Assembly: GCF_008831285.2 (NCBI RefSeq)
Contig: NC_045138.2
Span: 1,674,001-1,738,000, forward strand
Direction of reading: 5' to 3'
DNA length: 64,000 nt
Origin: Nymphaea colorata
Lineage: Eukaryota
In this document: in pieces, positions 52,382 through 64,000 of the stretch
Position numbering within the stretch: the first letter of the stretch is position 1
Layout: each line of letters opens with the position of its first letter
Notes under the pieces: generated by a model
What the model was told of the DNA's origin: nothing
The model's input: only the letters and a program-made list of their open reading frames with translations
Databases searched by the model: none
Made by a program: the position numbers and the translations under genes

Positions 52382-55116
52382 GCTTTCTTGAAGTATTCCA
52401 AGCATCAAGATGAAAAAGATAGAAGAGAGCTTGTCAACTGGTGCTTGCGACTACTTGTGTTTTCCCTGTTTAAGTCAAATTCGGAAACGACTGGAATAAG
52501 AACCGACACAAAAAAACAAGGAAGTTAAGCAGCTGCTTGTTACCAATTGGAACCAAAAACTCTCTCTGCAAAACTTCAGAAAGAGATTATTACAGTAGGA
52601 GATGAAATTGAAGACTAAAAACTGTGACAGAACGTATCCAAATAAACTTGCCTTGGAATTTCAAATTGCAAATTCAAGAATACAAACAACAGTGAGAATG
52701 AAAAGGGCAAGCCACTGATGCAATTCAAAGGGTGAGAGTACTAAAGCAAGCTATGCCCATAATACCCAATGCTAATAAAGAAAAAGATACAGTGAAACAT
52801 TGGTATATAATCTAATTAAAGAAAGCCAAGAAAGCAAGCACTTGTGATCTTCAATGGTCCTATAAATAACCTCATTCTGATTAACTCACAGTAGACTACC
52901 CAAATTTTCCACTTAACTCTTCCAGCAGCACAAAGCTTGCAAGGCAAGGCATCAAATTCAAAGCTTGGTAGTGTATCAAGTTACCCTCTCTACACTTCAA
53001 AAAAATATTGCAGACTAGATTCAAGACGTGCCCACCTTGTGTCACTGCACCAGCTTCCCAAATTTGGCACACCGATAGGGGTACTGGGTTTGGCAACCTA
53101 TTAGACATAACCATCTCACATAGAAAAGAAGAAAAAGCAAAAAAAAGACAAAGAAAAATAATAAAGAAAGATGAAAGTGGAAGAAGAAGAAAAAGCCAAA
53201 GCAGAAAATAGGGTGCCTGGGGCCAAGGTCCACCTAGGTGTGCCTTTGAGTACCAAGGTAGATTTAATATGTCATTAAGACCATCACTAAGGCAAATTAA
53301 TCTGGATTATATGGGATCAATGTGTACTCTGACTTAATGAGGGAAATGGCTAAAATGACCTCCATGCTCCCTCCTTCACTCATGTATACAAAAGCTGCCT
53401 CATGATCTCATCATGAAAAGCATGTGTGCACCATGGACATGTATATGCTATTACTCAACAAGCATTTGGCAGGCATAAACCAGGAATGTTAGGCACAAAA
53501 CTAACAAACACATAATCTAGATTCTAGATTACTACTAAGTCATGGATATAATCTTAACCCTTTGTAAGTTACTCCCTGGACCTCATACCAATAACTTGCT
53601 TTCGTCTTTCAAAAATCCTGCATTTTTCTATAATGGAGATGAGCAATTTCAAAAGAGTTTCTTTTGTCAACATGAGCACCTATTTTTAATGCAGGGTATC
53701 CCCATGCCAAAAAAAAAAAAAAAATTGCTTACACGTACTTATTAAAATGATGTTAGAGATGATCCAGAACAATTATACTTGAATCCAGAAATAAAGTTAG
53801 ATACATATCCAAATTTTGTATTCTCATGTTTTAGACCTGAGATCTTTCTTGTGGAACTAGGAATATGAACCACCTTCTACACATCTAGAGTAGGATACCA
53901 TCAATGCCCCTTTTGAATTGCAACTTTGAGAAAAAAAGAACTAAAGAAGAGTGCAATCCACTTGTTCGATTCAAAGGCAAGAGTTGTAAAACAAAAACAA
54001 CCATAATGTTCTATGTAAATAAAGAAAAAAAGTGCAAGCAAAACACTGGTAAATACAAAACTAATTAAAGGAAAACTAAGAAATCGAGAACTTGCACTCT
54101 AGTGGTTTTCTACAAATAACCTCTTTTGATTATCTCACTTGTTAAACTATTAAACTGATGTTAGAGATAAATCCAGAACAACTATACTCGAATCTAGGAA
54201 CAAAATTAGATAGATAATTTTTTTTTTCTCGTGTTTTAGTAGTGGGCCCTTCCTTGCAAGACCTGGAAGAGGAAAAAAACTTCTAGACATCTACAGCAGT
54301 ATACCATTAATGCTTCCCCTAGTATGTAGCTTTGCAATCTAAATCTCTAACTCATGAAGCCTGAACCTCTAGGATCAAGACAGAAGCAGTTCCCCACAAT
54401 AGCAATAAGTATGGAACTGATTGTCCATGCAAAAAACATGGCAGCAACAATATACATGGCTACAAAGGGCACAAGTAATGCTCACCAACCAAACCAAAGC
54501 GGAAGGAAACCCACAATCTAGAGTTTCACGACTCACCCCAAAAACAAAGGAAAAAGAAGAAGAAATCTACAGATCTTTAGTTCAAAATCTTCCAACTCTT
54601 TGAAGAACTAAATTTTCAAGGTTCAAACCAGATTACTTGCTCCCAAAAAAAAAAAAATACTAAAATCTAAAGACCAACGGCGCCTCTTACCAGAAACCAA
54701 GAAGTTTAATTTTTTTCGGCCAAATGAATCCAAAAAGGAAAAATCGGGAAGGGAAAAAAAGTAGAACCAAAAAAGCCTATCAACGAATTCAGAACAGCCA
54801 TTAATTAAGACACCAAAAACAGAAAGCCTACCGTCTTCAACATAACAACAAATATACAATAGGACACCACTAAAGGCCAGAAAACAACACGCATTCAGTC
54901 CCACCAATTTAATCTAAGAGAAACCAAAAACCCAAAAGTTCTGCCTGCATTCTGCAAAGGGATTCAGCACTGGAAGCTCAAACCACAAAAAACACAAAAA
55001 CAACGCACAAAATAATCAACAAGGCAACAAGTTTTTCATCGACAGATGCCTACGAATTCAAACACCGAAACGACTCGAATTCGAGCTCAAAGACTACAGA
55101 TCAGTTGGACACTCAC

Positions 55117-55244
55117 TTGGTCGAACCCAAATAATGGCTCCAAAAGAAGACAAAGATCAATTTCTGACCGATTTCAGAGTTCCTTCTGCGCTCTGAGAAA
55201 GAGAGAGAAGAGAGATACTTCCCGGACGTTCTTCGTTATTTATA
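55117..55244 (-). promoter_or_regulatory. Putative TATA box and non-coding first exon of TOL5
   Basis: Minus-strand TATAAATA at 55244-55237, CT-rich tract downstream, GTGAGT donor at 55116; matching acceptor TTATTCCAG ending at 52491 upstream of the ATG. Confidence 0.55.
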
Positions 55245-56184
55245 CTTGGCTTTCAGCAAGGGAAAGGAAGCATGAGTCCTTTTCCTGTCTCCCTCTTTTT
55301 CATTTTCCGCAATTTTTTCTAATTCGGTGTAGATCCTATTTTACCAGAATATCCTCACGTTCAACTTAAATTTACAGGGTCCTTTGCTTGTCGAGTACGG
55401 TCTACTTTTAGAAGTTGACCGAATTAACCTTCATTTTCCGCAGTTATACCACCGGATGTCCCTTACCGCATTTGACTCGGTTCATGCATCGGTCCGGACT
55501 CGAATCGGCTATGGATGGCTTGACTTAGCTGAGAGAAGCCAATATTATTTTATCAAAATTTAAAGTCATGCACATTTCTGAAAATTTTAATATAGATTTT
55601 TTTTATTTTTCAAAATTTCAAATTCTCTTGGATCGACATTACTTTTTCCAAAAAATGTCATCATTTGCTTCTTTAGATTAATATTAACAAGTTTTACACA
55701 AATAGTTGTAGATTGTTCAAAAAAAATAAGCTTCAAAAATAGATTCTCACATATATTTGCTTTTCTAAGAGTCGTACCATGACTTATCTTACCACATTCA
55801 TTTTGTCATTTTTGTGAAACCAATTATACAATTGTATTTACTATGTCCAAATAATAGGATTGAAACCATCGCAAAAGTTATATTTTGTGGGTTGGATTTT
55901 ATAAACAAGCAGGTACGATACCCTTAAACAAAGTTTATTTTGTAAATATGATTTACACATTAATGGGTTTTTTTAGTTGAATCACATGTATATTGCAATT
56001 CGAATGTACTTTATGTCAAATACTGATAGATGACTAGAAGTTAAAATAGGAAACAGTTCATATGAGCGTTAGTGATGGTTTAGGGTTCAGCAACTATTCT
56101 AATGTTTTTAGCAATGACTTATAGTAGTTTTATCATAAATCTTTAGCAATACAACACCCAACATATTTAAATTATATACATATA

Positions 56185-59060
56185 TGTCACGGGTTGACAA
56201 CTCCGGACCGTGCGGCACGGCAAACTCTCGTCAGTAAGCCGCAAGCCTTCGCCTCGTTCAAGTGGGCGTAGATCACTTGAACGCTTTCTCGAAAACAAAT
56301 GACACAAATTTGCACAAAGAGTGTGGAAAGAAAACTCGCAATATATTTCACTTCAGAGAGAAGAGTACATCACGAGGGAAAACAAGTAAGCTATTACACT
56401 TTACTTACAAGGATAGCCGAAGCCGCTTACAAAGTTCTCAAGCCGACCAACCAAAGCTAGGAACTCCAATCTATACACTTGCAAAGGACCTTGGGAGGGT
56501 GCTTCTACACAGATGAACACACAAGATTACACCAAGGCCTAAACATACACAAAGGAAATCAACTAAACTGAAAACAAAGACTGTACAACCCTGACACAAG
56601 GGAACAGGCTCCCCCCTTCAAAACAAGCGCCGTCCTCGGCGCTAGCTGCTGTGATAGGTCTTCACGTCCAACGAGTAGCACTGCTTCATGCAAAACGCAT
56701 ACTCCCACGTTGGGTCTTGCTCACCTATCCACTTTACTTGGTATTTCTTCGGTTCCCCTCGAGAGTTTGCTTTTTGCCGAAGAATCTTCTCCACCCGCCG
56801 ATCTGTTGCTTGCTTGGTCGGCGATGTTCGCTGCACTGTGAGGTCTCGTTCTGGGAGGCTTCTGTTAGAGTCTCTGCCCTGCCTTTGTTGAAGAGTGGAT
56901 ACTACCACGGCCTTACCTTTATCCTTCCTTGTTGGGACGGTTGGGACCATGCAAGGGTACCTCTCGTCCATGATACTTACACTGCGTAAGTGCGGCATCG
57001 GTACCATCTTTGATGCGCAGAGGAACTCCATGCCTAGAATCATTTGGAAATCATTTGTCTGAACCACTGAGAAGTTGGCCCTTCCCGACCAACCCTCAAT
57101 CTTCACAACTGCATCTCGGACTATGGCGTAGATCGGTCTTGCCTCTGAGTTCACTGCCTTCACGCGTGACTCCCCCTTTCCTCGGGTGAGGCCCAATCTC
57201 CCGACTTCCTCCTCCGAAATAAAATTGTGCGTGGCTCCCGTGTTTACCATGGCTATGGTAGGTCTTCCGTTCACCAGAATCTCTATGCACATGAGCTCCG
57301 TTGAAGGTGTCGTTGTCACTTCGTTTCCTCCTCTTTTGTCAAGGCGTGAAGAAGTTGAAGTGCCCCAATTCTGGGCTCTTCCACATATCCACCTTGTAGC
57401 GCATTTGCAGATGATCTTGAAGTGCTTGCCTCTATAGCCCTCGCAGCATTGGCCTGCCCTGTCGGCCTTACTCGCTTTGGGCAGACACGTGCCTCATGCC
57501 TTTCCCCACAAACCCAACAAGTTACTTCTCTTGGTGGCCCATTGTAATCCCTGCGAAAGAATTGTCTTCCCCCAGTTTGCCTCTGAAATGACGATCCACT
57601 TCTGTCTCGTCGCTCCTCCTTACCGTTGTGGTCGGACTCCCTTGTAGGCTTGAAGGTCTCAGTGTAGCTTTTGCATTGGGTATCTGCCAAGCGCTCGGCT
57701 GCCACATATGCTTGCTCCAAAGTCTTCGGGTCTGATTTCTCCACATCGGCTTGGGCCTAAGATTGGAGCCCTATGATGAACCAGTTAAGCTTATCCTTTT
57801 CTGGCATCTTAGGTACATCCAACATGAGCTTTTGATAGGCTCTAACATATTCCCGTAAGGAACCTGTCTGTCTCAGGTTCGCCACCATCCGGTAAGTCTG
57901 TCTCTCGGCATCCACAGGCATGAAGTACCCCTTCAACTGTTTACGGAAGTCGTCAAAAGTAGCGATTGTGCAATCGCCATTCTCAACGTCAAACATCTTC
58001 CGCCTCCACCAAGCCACAACATCTCCCTCTAATAACATCGCTGCGGTCTTGATCTTCAAGTCCTCCTCTACTACGTTTTGCAAGTCCAGGTAGTAGTCTA
58101 CTTGAAACAGAAAGTTATCGATCGCCCTCGCATCCCGGCTACCACTGTACTTCGCCGGACGTTGAACGTCGACCCTACTGGTCCTCTCATGGCTACTGCT
58201 GGATGAGCTAATACGTAGCAGTCTCTGATTTGAAGCCCAAAGTTCAGCAACTTCGTCCTGCAAGGTCTTCACCAAGTCGGAGAGTGAACGGTTCAAGGCC
58301 ACTGACTCGGCCATCTGTTCCCGCATCAACTTCATCTCCTCCTTGAATCCCTCAAAGGTCTCGGCGGCAAAGCCGAGGGCTTCCTCATGGGTAGCCACAT
58401 CTGCGACCAACCTATTCACCGTCTCTTCCAGGTTTCCCTGGCCACAGTCTGGGCTCGTCTCCCCTTGACGGCCTGGGCTCGCCTCCTCTGGACGGGCCGG
58501 TTCCTTGCCTTTGGCACCTCGCAGATTATATGATAATGCCATGGCTCCTTCTTCAACGGCAGCAAGTCGGCGCGACGATCTACACCGGCTCTCCGATTGC
58601 TTTCCCAGATTGACCTGAATCTGGGCTCTGATACCAGTTGTCACGGGCCGACAACTCCGGACCGTGCGGCACGGCAAACTCTCGCCAGTAAGCCGCAAGC
58701 CTTCGCCTCGTTCAAGTGGGCGTAGATCACTTGAACGCTTTCTCGAAAACAAAGGACACAAATTTGCACAAAGAGTGTGGAAAGAAAACTCGCAATATAT
58801 TTCACTTCAGAGAGAAGAGTACATCACGAGGGAAAGCAAGTAAGCTATTACACTTTACTTACAAGGATGGCCGAAGCCGCTTACAAAGTTCTCAAGCCGA
58901 CCAACCAAAGCTAGGAACTCCAATCTATACACTTGCAAAGGACCTTGGGAGGGTGCTCTTACACAGATGAACACACAAGCTTACACCAAGGTCCAAACAT
59001 ATACAAAGGAAATCAACTAAAACGAAAACAAAGACTGTACAACCCTGACACAGGGGAACA
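56185..59060 (-). mobile_element. Complete non-autonomous Ty3/gypsy (chromovirus-like) LTR element: gag-protease-chromodomain, no RT/RNase H/integrase core
   Basis: 422-bp LTRs 59060-58639 and 56606-56185 (TG..CA, about 15 mismatches by hand count); PBS TGGTATCAGAGCC (tRNA-iMet type) from 58636; PPT AAGGGGGGAGCC at 56618-56607; TATA on both flanks within TA-rich DNA. Confidence 0.95.
56642..58542 (-). pseudogene. gag + aspartic protease + chromodomain of the LTR element, inactivated
   Basis: Gag from MALSYNLRG (58542) with KYSGSRDARAIDNFLFQVDYY, LRQTGSLREYV; in-frame TAG at 57759-57757; zinc knuckle CWVCGERHEARVC; frame change near 57320; protease AMVNTGATHNF (catalytic D to N); VEKILRQK..KYQVKWIGEQDPTWE chromodomain-like tail. 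Confidence 0.88.
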
Positions 59061-59184
59061 TATATATATAAATATATAATCCAATACAATGGTGATTCTG
59101 ACATTAAAAAATGAAAAAAATGTGATTGATACTTTTGTTATCTAATATTAGTTTACATATTTTTTTTTTCTTTGCAGTGTTGCA

Positions 59185-59246
<62 letters not shown>

Positions 59247-59482
59247 ATAGGATAAACTTTTATGTTCAAGTTTGGATAAGAAAATCCTTTAGCTTCTCAC
59301 AACATACTTATTATTGCAAATGAGTCAAGTGATGTGTTTATTTACATCCACTTATTGCATTGTATCTAGCAGGAAGATGAAAGTGAAAATGACAAGGATT
59401 TTAGCTTCTCTTGCTTCTTTCTTTGTCTTCATCAACACGGTAATGACTTCGCTTAAGTCAAGTCAAGGACATGGTTTAGGTC

Positions 59483-59933
59483 TAGGGGTGCACAATGAGC
59501 CGATCCAACTTGGGTTCGATTCAAACTCACTCGAAAAAACTCTGCTCGTATTCGACTTATTTATAAACGAGCCAAGTTAGAGCTTACAAAGATACTTGCA
59601 ACGATAAACGAATCGAGTTTGAGTTTCAGGAACTCGACTCGACTCACAAACCAACATTCTATATAATATTGTCAAAACCGGTTTCACAAGTCAGACGAGT
59701 TAAACGAGTTACACAAGTTCACGCTTATACGAGTTGAACGAGTTAATGCTTATACGAGTTTAAACTTGCTAAATAAGTTAAGCGACTCGAGTCTGAGCTT
59801 GATTTTGTGTAGTCAAGTCAACCTCGAGCTTGCTGTAAGGAGCTCTAGTCGAGTTCGAGCCGAGCTTTAGCTGAGTTTTTTTAGTCGAGTTGATCTCTAG
59901 CTGGCCAAACTCCCGCTCTCATGGGCAACCCTG
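59483..59933. mobile_element. hAT MITE with perfect 8-bp TSD
   Basis: TIR TAGGGGTGCACAATGAG / CTCATGGGCAACCCTG; TTTAGGTC at 59475-59482 and 59934-59941; many CGAG/CTCG subterminal motifs. Confidence 0.88.
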
Positions 59934-61583
59934 TTTAGGTCATTCATGTTACCCAAGTTTGCTGCTGCTGGTTCAGTTGATTTGACATAAAATGTGTCAA
60001 ACTTTGTCATGTCATGTCATGTCACCTTTTCTTTTGTTTTTTATGAAATGTCAACAAAGAAGCCCACCCTATTTGGGTGGAGGTCACCATCAAAGGCTTC
60101 AGTTGCACCAAGTCCATAACTTCACCTAGAGCCAGCTTAATAAACAAATAACAATTTGCGTAACCTCAATGGATTTTATTAATGTAATATGACTTAAAAG
60201 CAATTAATTGTAGATTAACTTGATTTTCATTGCAAATTATATTGTTTTTAGTCGAATTAAAATAAAAACACAGATATGAATACCTTGCAAGCATAACCAA
60301 ATGCATAGAGGCCAAAAAATGTAAATGTACAAAAGAAAAGTGAATTAAATAGAATTATTGGGATAAAATTTTTAAAAATTTTATGAATGCCCAAATACAA
60401 GTTACTTATTTTTTTCTTAAAAACCAAAAAAAAAAGAAAAAAAGAAAAAGAAAATAAAGGAAATGTAGAAGGAGCTCTAATCCCAACAAACTCATGAACG
60501 GCACATGCTGGGAACTTTTCTAGCATTTATAGAACAAGATATCAAAGCTGCCTTAGTTTAATATTATATAATTTAAAATTATTCAGAAAATTGTCTTATC
60601 CCTCATTTTTTTATAGGAAAAGAAATGTTGGCACGTGCAAATTTTTTAATAACAACCTGAGAGATTTTTTTTTTACCGATGAACTTTTTACCGTTAGAAC
60701 GTGGAAGGCAAGATTCCATTAATTTTTTAAGAAGAAAAAAAGGTAAAATAAATTGACCTTGAAAACTCCAACGTAAAATATTTGTCTTTTTATAAAGATT
60801 TTCCCAAACAATTTTATTAACATTTTACTTTGTAGATTTCTAATGTGGCATTTAGGCGGGATAATATATTTCATCAAGGAAAAATATTCAAATTTTCATA
60901 TACAGATTAGTAAGAAATTAAAAAAAAGTATATCTAGCTTTTGGGTAAATAACAAATTACTGCTCTAGCTTTCAACAAAGGTTAGGTGTAATAGTTTAAA
61001 CTACAAAGGTTATGCGTTATAGTTTAAACTAAGAGAGGCACCTCGTGTAGCACGCAGCATGTGAGAGGTACCTTTCACTTCTCTCTTTGTTAAATCAACA
61101 GGGTCGTCTTGTGTATGGGATGTTCAGTTTGCCATTCGGCTAAGGTATCGTGGTCCGTCTGCGGCTGGGTGACGGTGCCGTCCTTCTTTCCTCTTTATTC
61201 ACACCTTTCTTATTTTACTGTGTATTGTATTTGTATATTTCGTCTTTTTGCTTTTGTTTTTGTGGATTGTTTTGTATTTAGAAAACTTCTTGTCCCCAAA
61301 TTTTGTTATATATTTCTCATTTTATCGGCACTTCTCTCTTTGTTAAATCACAAAGTTGTAAGTTCCTCTCTCTTAATTCTAAAGGGTCAACAAAAAATAT
61401 CTTTTAAAAGAATTCACAAATGATTGTAGGACGATCCATTTTAATCAGTTTATTTATTTTTTATATACTTTTCCTTCTTTTATAGAAATACATGTAGTGT
61501 GGTCATCTGTTCAATTGGTGTGAAATTTATTCTGAACTCTAAATAGTGATATGTGACATTCTAATTGATGAGTGTATTGCCAG

Positions 61584-61762
61584 CAGTAGCGGAGCTACTT
61601 ATTGGCTGAGGTGGGTCACACCCCACGCTAGCCCATAAAAAAATTTATTATAATGTGTTAACTTCACATTGTTATGATTTTAAATTTATATGCAGTGCAT
61701 ATACCAAAGTTGTATCACCTACACAAGTGCCCCACTCATGAAAAATCTTAGCTCCGCCATTG
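61584..61762. mobile_element. Small hAT-like MITE
   Basis: TIR CAGTAGCGGAGCT / AGCTCCGCCATTG; ATTGCCAG precedes the left end and overlaps the right end. Confidence 0.6.
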
Positions 61763-62990
61763 CCAGCTAGGTCTCGAAGGGGCAACAACGTGACTTGTGA
61801 CTTGTGAGGATGTTCGGCCTATCCCACACCGAGGTTGAGCTCTTAGTTTGAGAGACGGCAAGCCGGCAATCCACCCTCTAGCAATTTCTATTATGTCTTA
61901 AAAGAACTAAGAATAATAACAACTCATATTTTATGTGCCCTGGGCTAGAAAGCAATTATTTCACTAAATCTACAACATAAACACATTCAACAAAATTTTC
62001 TTTCACAAATATAATTGCTTTTACCTTTTTTTTTTGACAAAAAAATGTGTGGATCAAATTAGGTGTTGATGCAGTGCAAGTAATTGTTTTCCATGCATTT
62101 GACATTCTTCCTTTCCATGTTGAATGATAACATTCAGAACTCCCGAGTGAGCGAGAGGCTACAAGGCAGGGGTCTAGCTAAAAATTTTTTATGAAATGAG
62201 TCAAATTAAAGTTTCTAAATTTTGATTAGGACCGAAATATCATTTTTCAAAATTTTTATATAAAACAAGTGAAATTTTTTAAAATTTATATGTCAATTTA
62301 ATTTTTTTTTTGAGGTAGGGCCAAGGCCCATGTGGGTCCTACCTACCTTGGCTCCGTTCCTACTCCATTCCATTGCCTCCGGGTCCTGGGCTGTGAACTG
62401 TTTGTTAGGTAATATGTATAGATCCTCATAGAAAAAAAAAAGCTCAAATAAATTAGTTTAAAATCACTGTAAAACTAGTGCCGAGCATAAAAAACACAAA
62501 TTATTTTTTGAATCTAGGGAATCAAACATGGATCCAGTTATTTATATATTTTTTTCTTTTGATTCTTGTGGGGCTTTTAGACTGCATTTGAATATTGGAT
62601 CTAGTTAAAATGAAACACATCCAAATTACGAACGTTCGATCTGTTTTTCCTTATCCTCAACCTGACTTCGTTTCCGAATTTTTCCAATTACTTTCTCATA
62701 TTTATTTTTTCTTTTTCCAATTACTTTCTCATATTTATTTTTTCTTTTTTCCTTCCTCCTCCATAAGAAACAGAGGGTAAAATCATAATTTAACAGTGTT
62801 CAGAGAGATTGTATGTCATCTGAAAGGGAAGTGCTGGAACAAACATTTTTCAAAGGAATTGAACAATATGTTTCCATCCAAACACGCTCTCAAAGAAAAA
62901 GAGGAAATTTCTTGGAAATCTGAACTGAGTTTCCACAGTCAAATTTATAATTCAAAGACGTTGTTAAGCAGTTCCTTTTCAAGAACGTCA

Positions 62991-63091
<101 letters not shown>

Positions 63092-63222
63092 TTGAAAATA
63101 AAAACCATCAGTAAATGCCTTGAAAAACCATCACCAAACAAAAAAAAAACCACGGCTAATGCACTTTTTTGTAATGGTTTTTGATAACAAAAAATGAAAA
63201 AATTCCATTTAATAAGAGAAGA

Positions 63223-63262
<40 letters not shown>

Positions 63263-64000
63263 GACATCAATCATTAATAATTTTGATTAAGCAGCAAAAT
63301 TCCTTGTAAGTAAGGTAGGAATTAAATCGCATAAGATAGAGAATTAGAAACAATAAAGACGGCCGAATGGGGAAGGCGTTTGACAGCAAAACGGTCAAAG
63401 TCAAGGTCGTTCTTAGTCCAGTGGTGAAGTCCCGTTCATTTGGAAGGTTCCATCACTTCCGACTCCACCGCGTTTAGGGGCAACATGGTCATTTCGCAAA
63501 AAAATTGTCATTTTTATTTTAAAATTTTAAAATGTCCAGGGTCGCCAATCGCAAGACAGCTGGATCACGTGTTTGGCACGTGCAAAAGATTTGCATAGAC
63601 CCGCCGATATTTTCTTTATTTTTCGATAACCTGTTACTTTTTTTTTCCTTTCCAAAAAGTGAAAAGGGGAAGAGGAAGTGACCACGATGCCTTTACGATC
63701 GATTCTGCTGGACAAGACACCAGAAGCCTTGTCTTTCAATGAAGATAGGGAAAGGCCAGTGTTGTGAACATGGAACGGGTCACCAGTGGAAAATCGACTC
63801 GATTCATTTACAAGTTATTTAATATATATATATATATATAGAATTATTTTCCTTTTATTAATTTTTAAAACTGATTGGGTTGAATTGCTGAATCTGTCAA
63901 TTCTTAAAGTGGCAGCTCAAAATTCAATTTAATTTCAATTTTTTTCCCATGTTTGGGAGTACTACTCTCCCGTTAAAATTCGGTTGCTTTTTGTTTCGAG

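Noticed and set aside
56262..56516. 84-aa ORF repeated at 58716-58970
   Set aside because: Lies wholly inside the LTRs; the identity reflects LTR duplication.
58543..58761. N-terminal extension of the 334-aa gag ORF
   Set aside because: Runs through the LTR and PBS; the likelier start is the ATG at 58542.
59630..59900. Repeated CGAG/ACGAGTT motifs resembling a spaced array
   Set aside because: Irregular subterminal motifs of a TSD-bounded hAT MITE, not a CRISPR-like array.

Overview
Flowering-plant nuclear DNA with five host genes whose exons I reconstructed by hand. They are the 5' part of a SAC1/FRA7-type phosphoinositide phosphatase (minus, runs out of the window), a 3-exon V-ATPase subunit G gene, a 10-exon phospholipase D delta, an intronless PLS-DYW PPR editing factor resembling At3g13880/OTP72, and a 9-exon TOM1-like (TOL5-type) VHS-GAT gene. 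Transposon content includes a decayed hAT element nested in a Ty3/gypsy remnant inside SAC1 intron 4, several hAT- and Tourist-type MITEs, a small solo LTR, and a complete 2.9-kb non-autonomous LTR element encoding only gag, protease and a chromodomain. Least explained: (i) several decayed, unrecognised protein-like reading frames lying antisense inside PLD introns (candidate endogenous viral or unknown-element relics); (ii) a tandem duplication in which the VHA-G coding region is in one copy only, starting 4 nt after the homology breakpoint; (iii) the protease-chromodomain fusion retroelement. Family calls rest on recalled motifs, not database searches; coordinates were counted manually.
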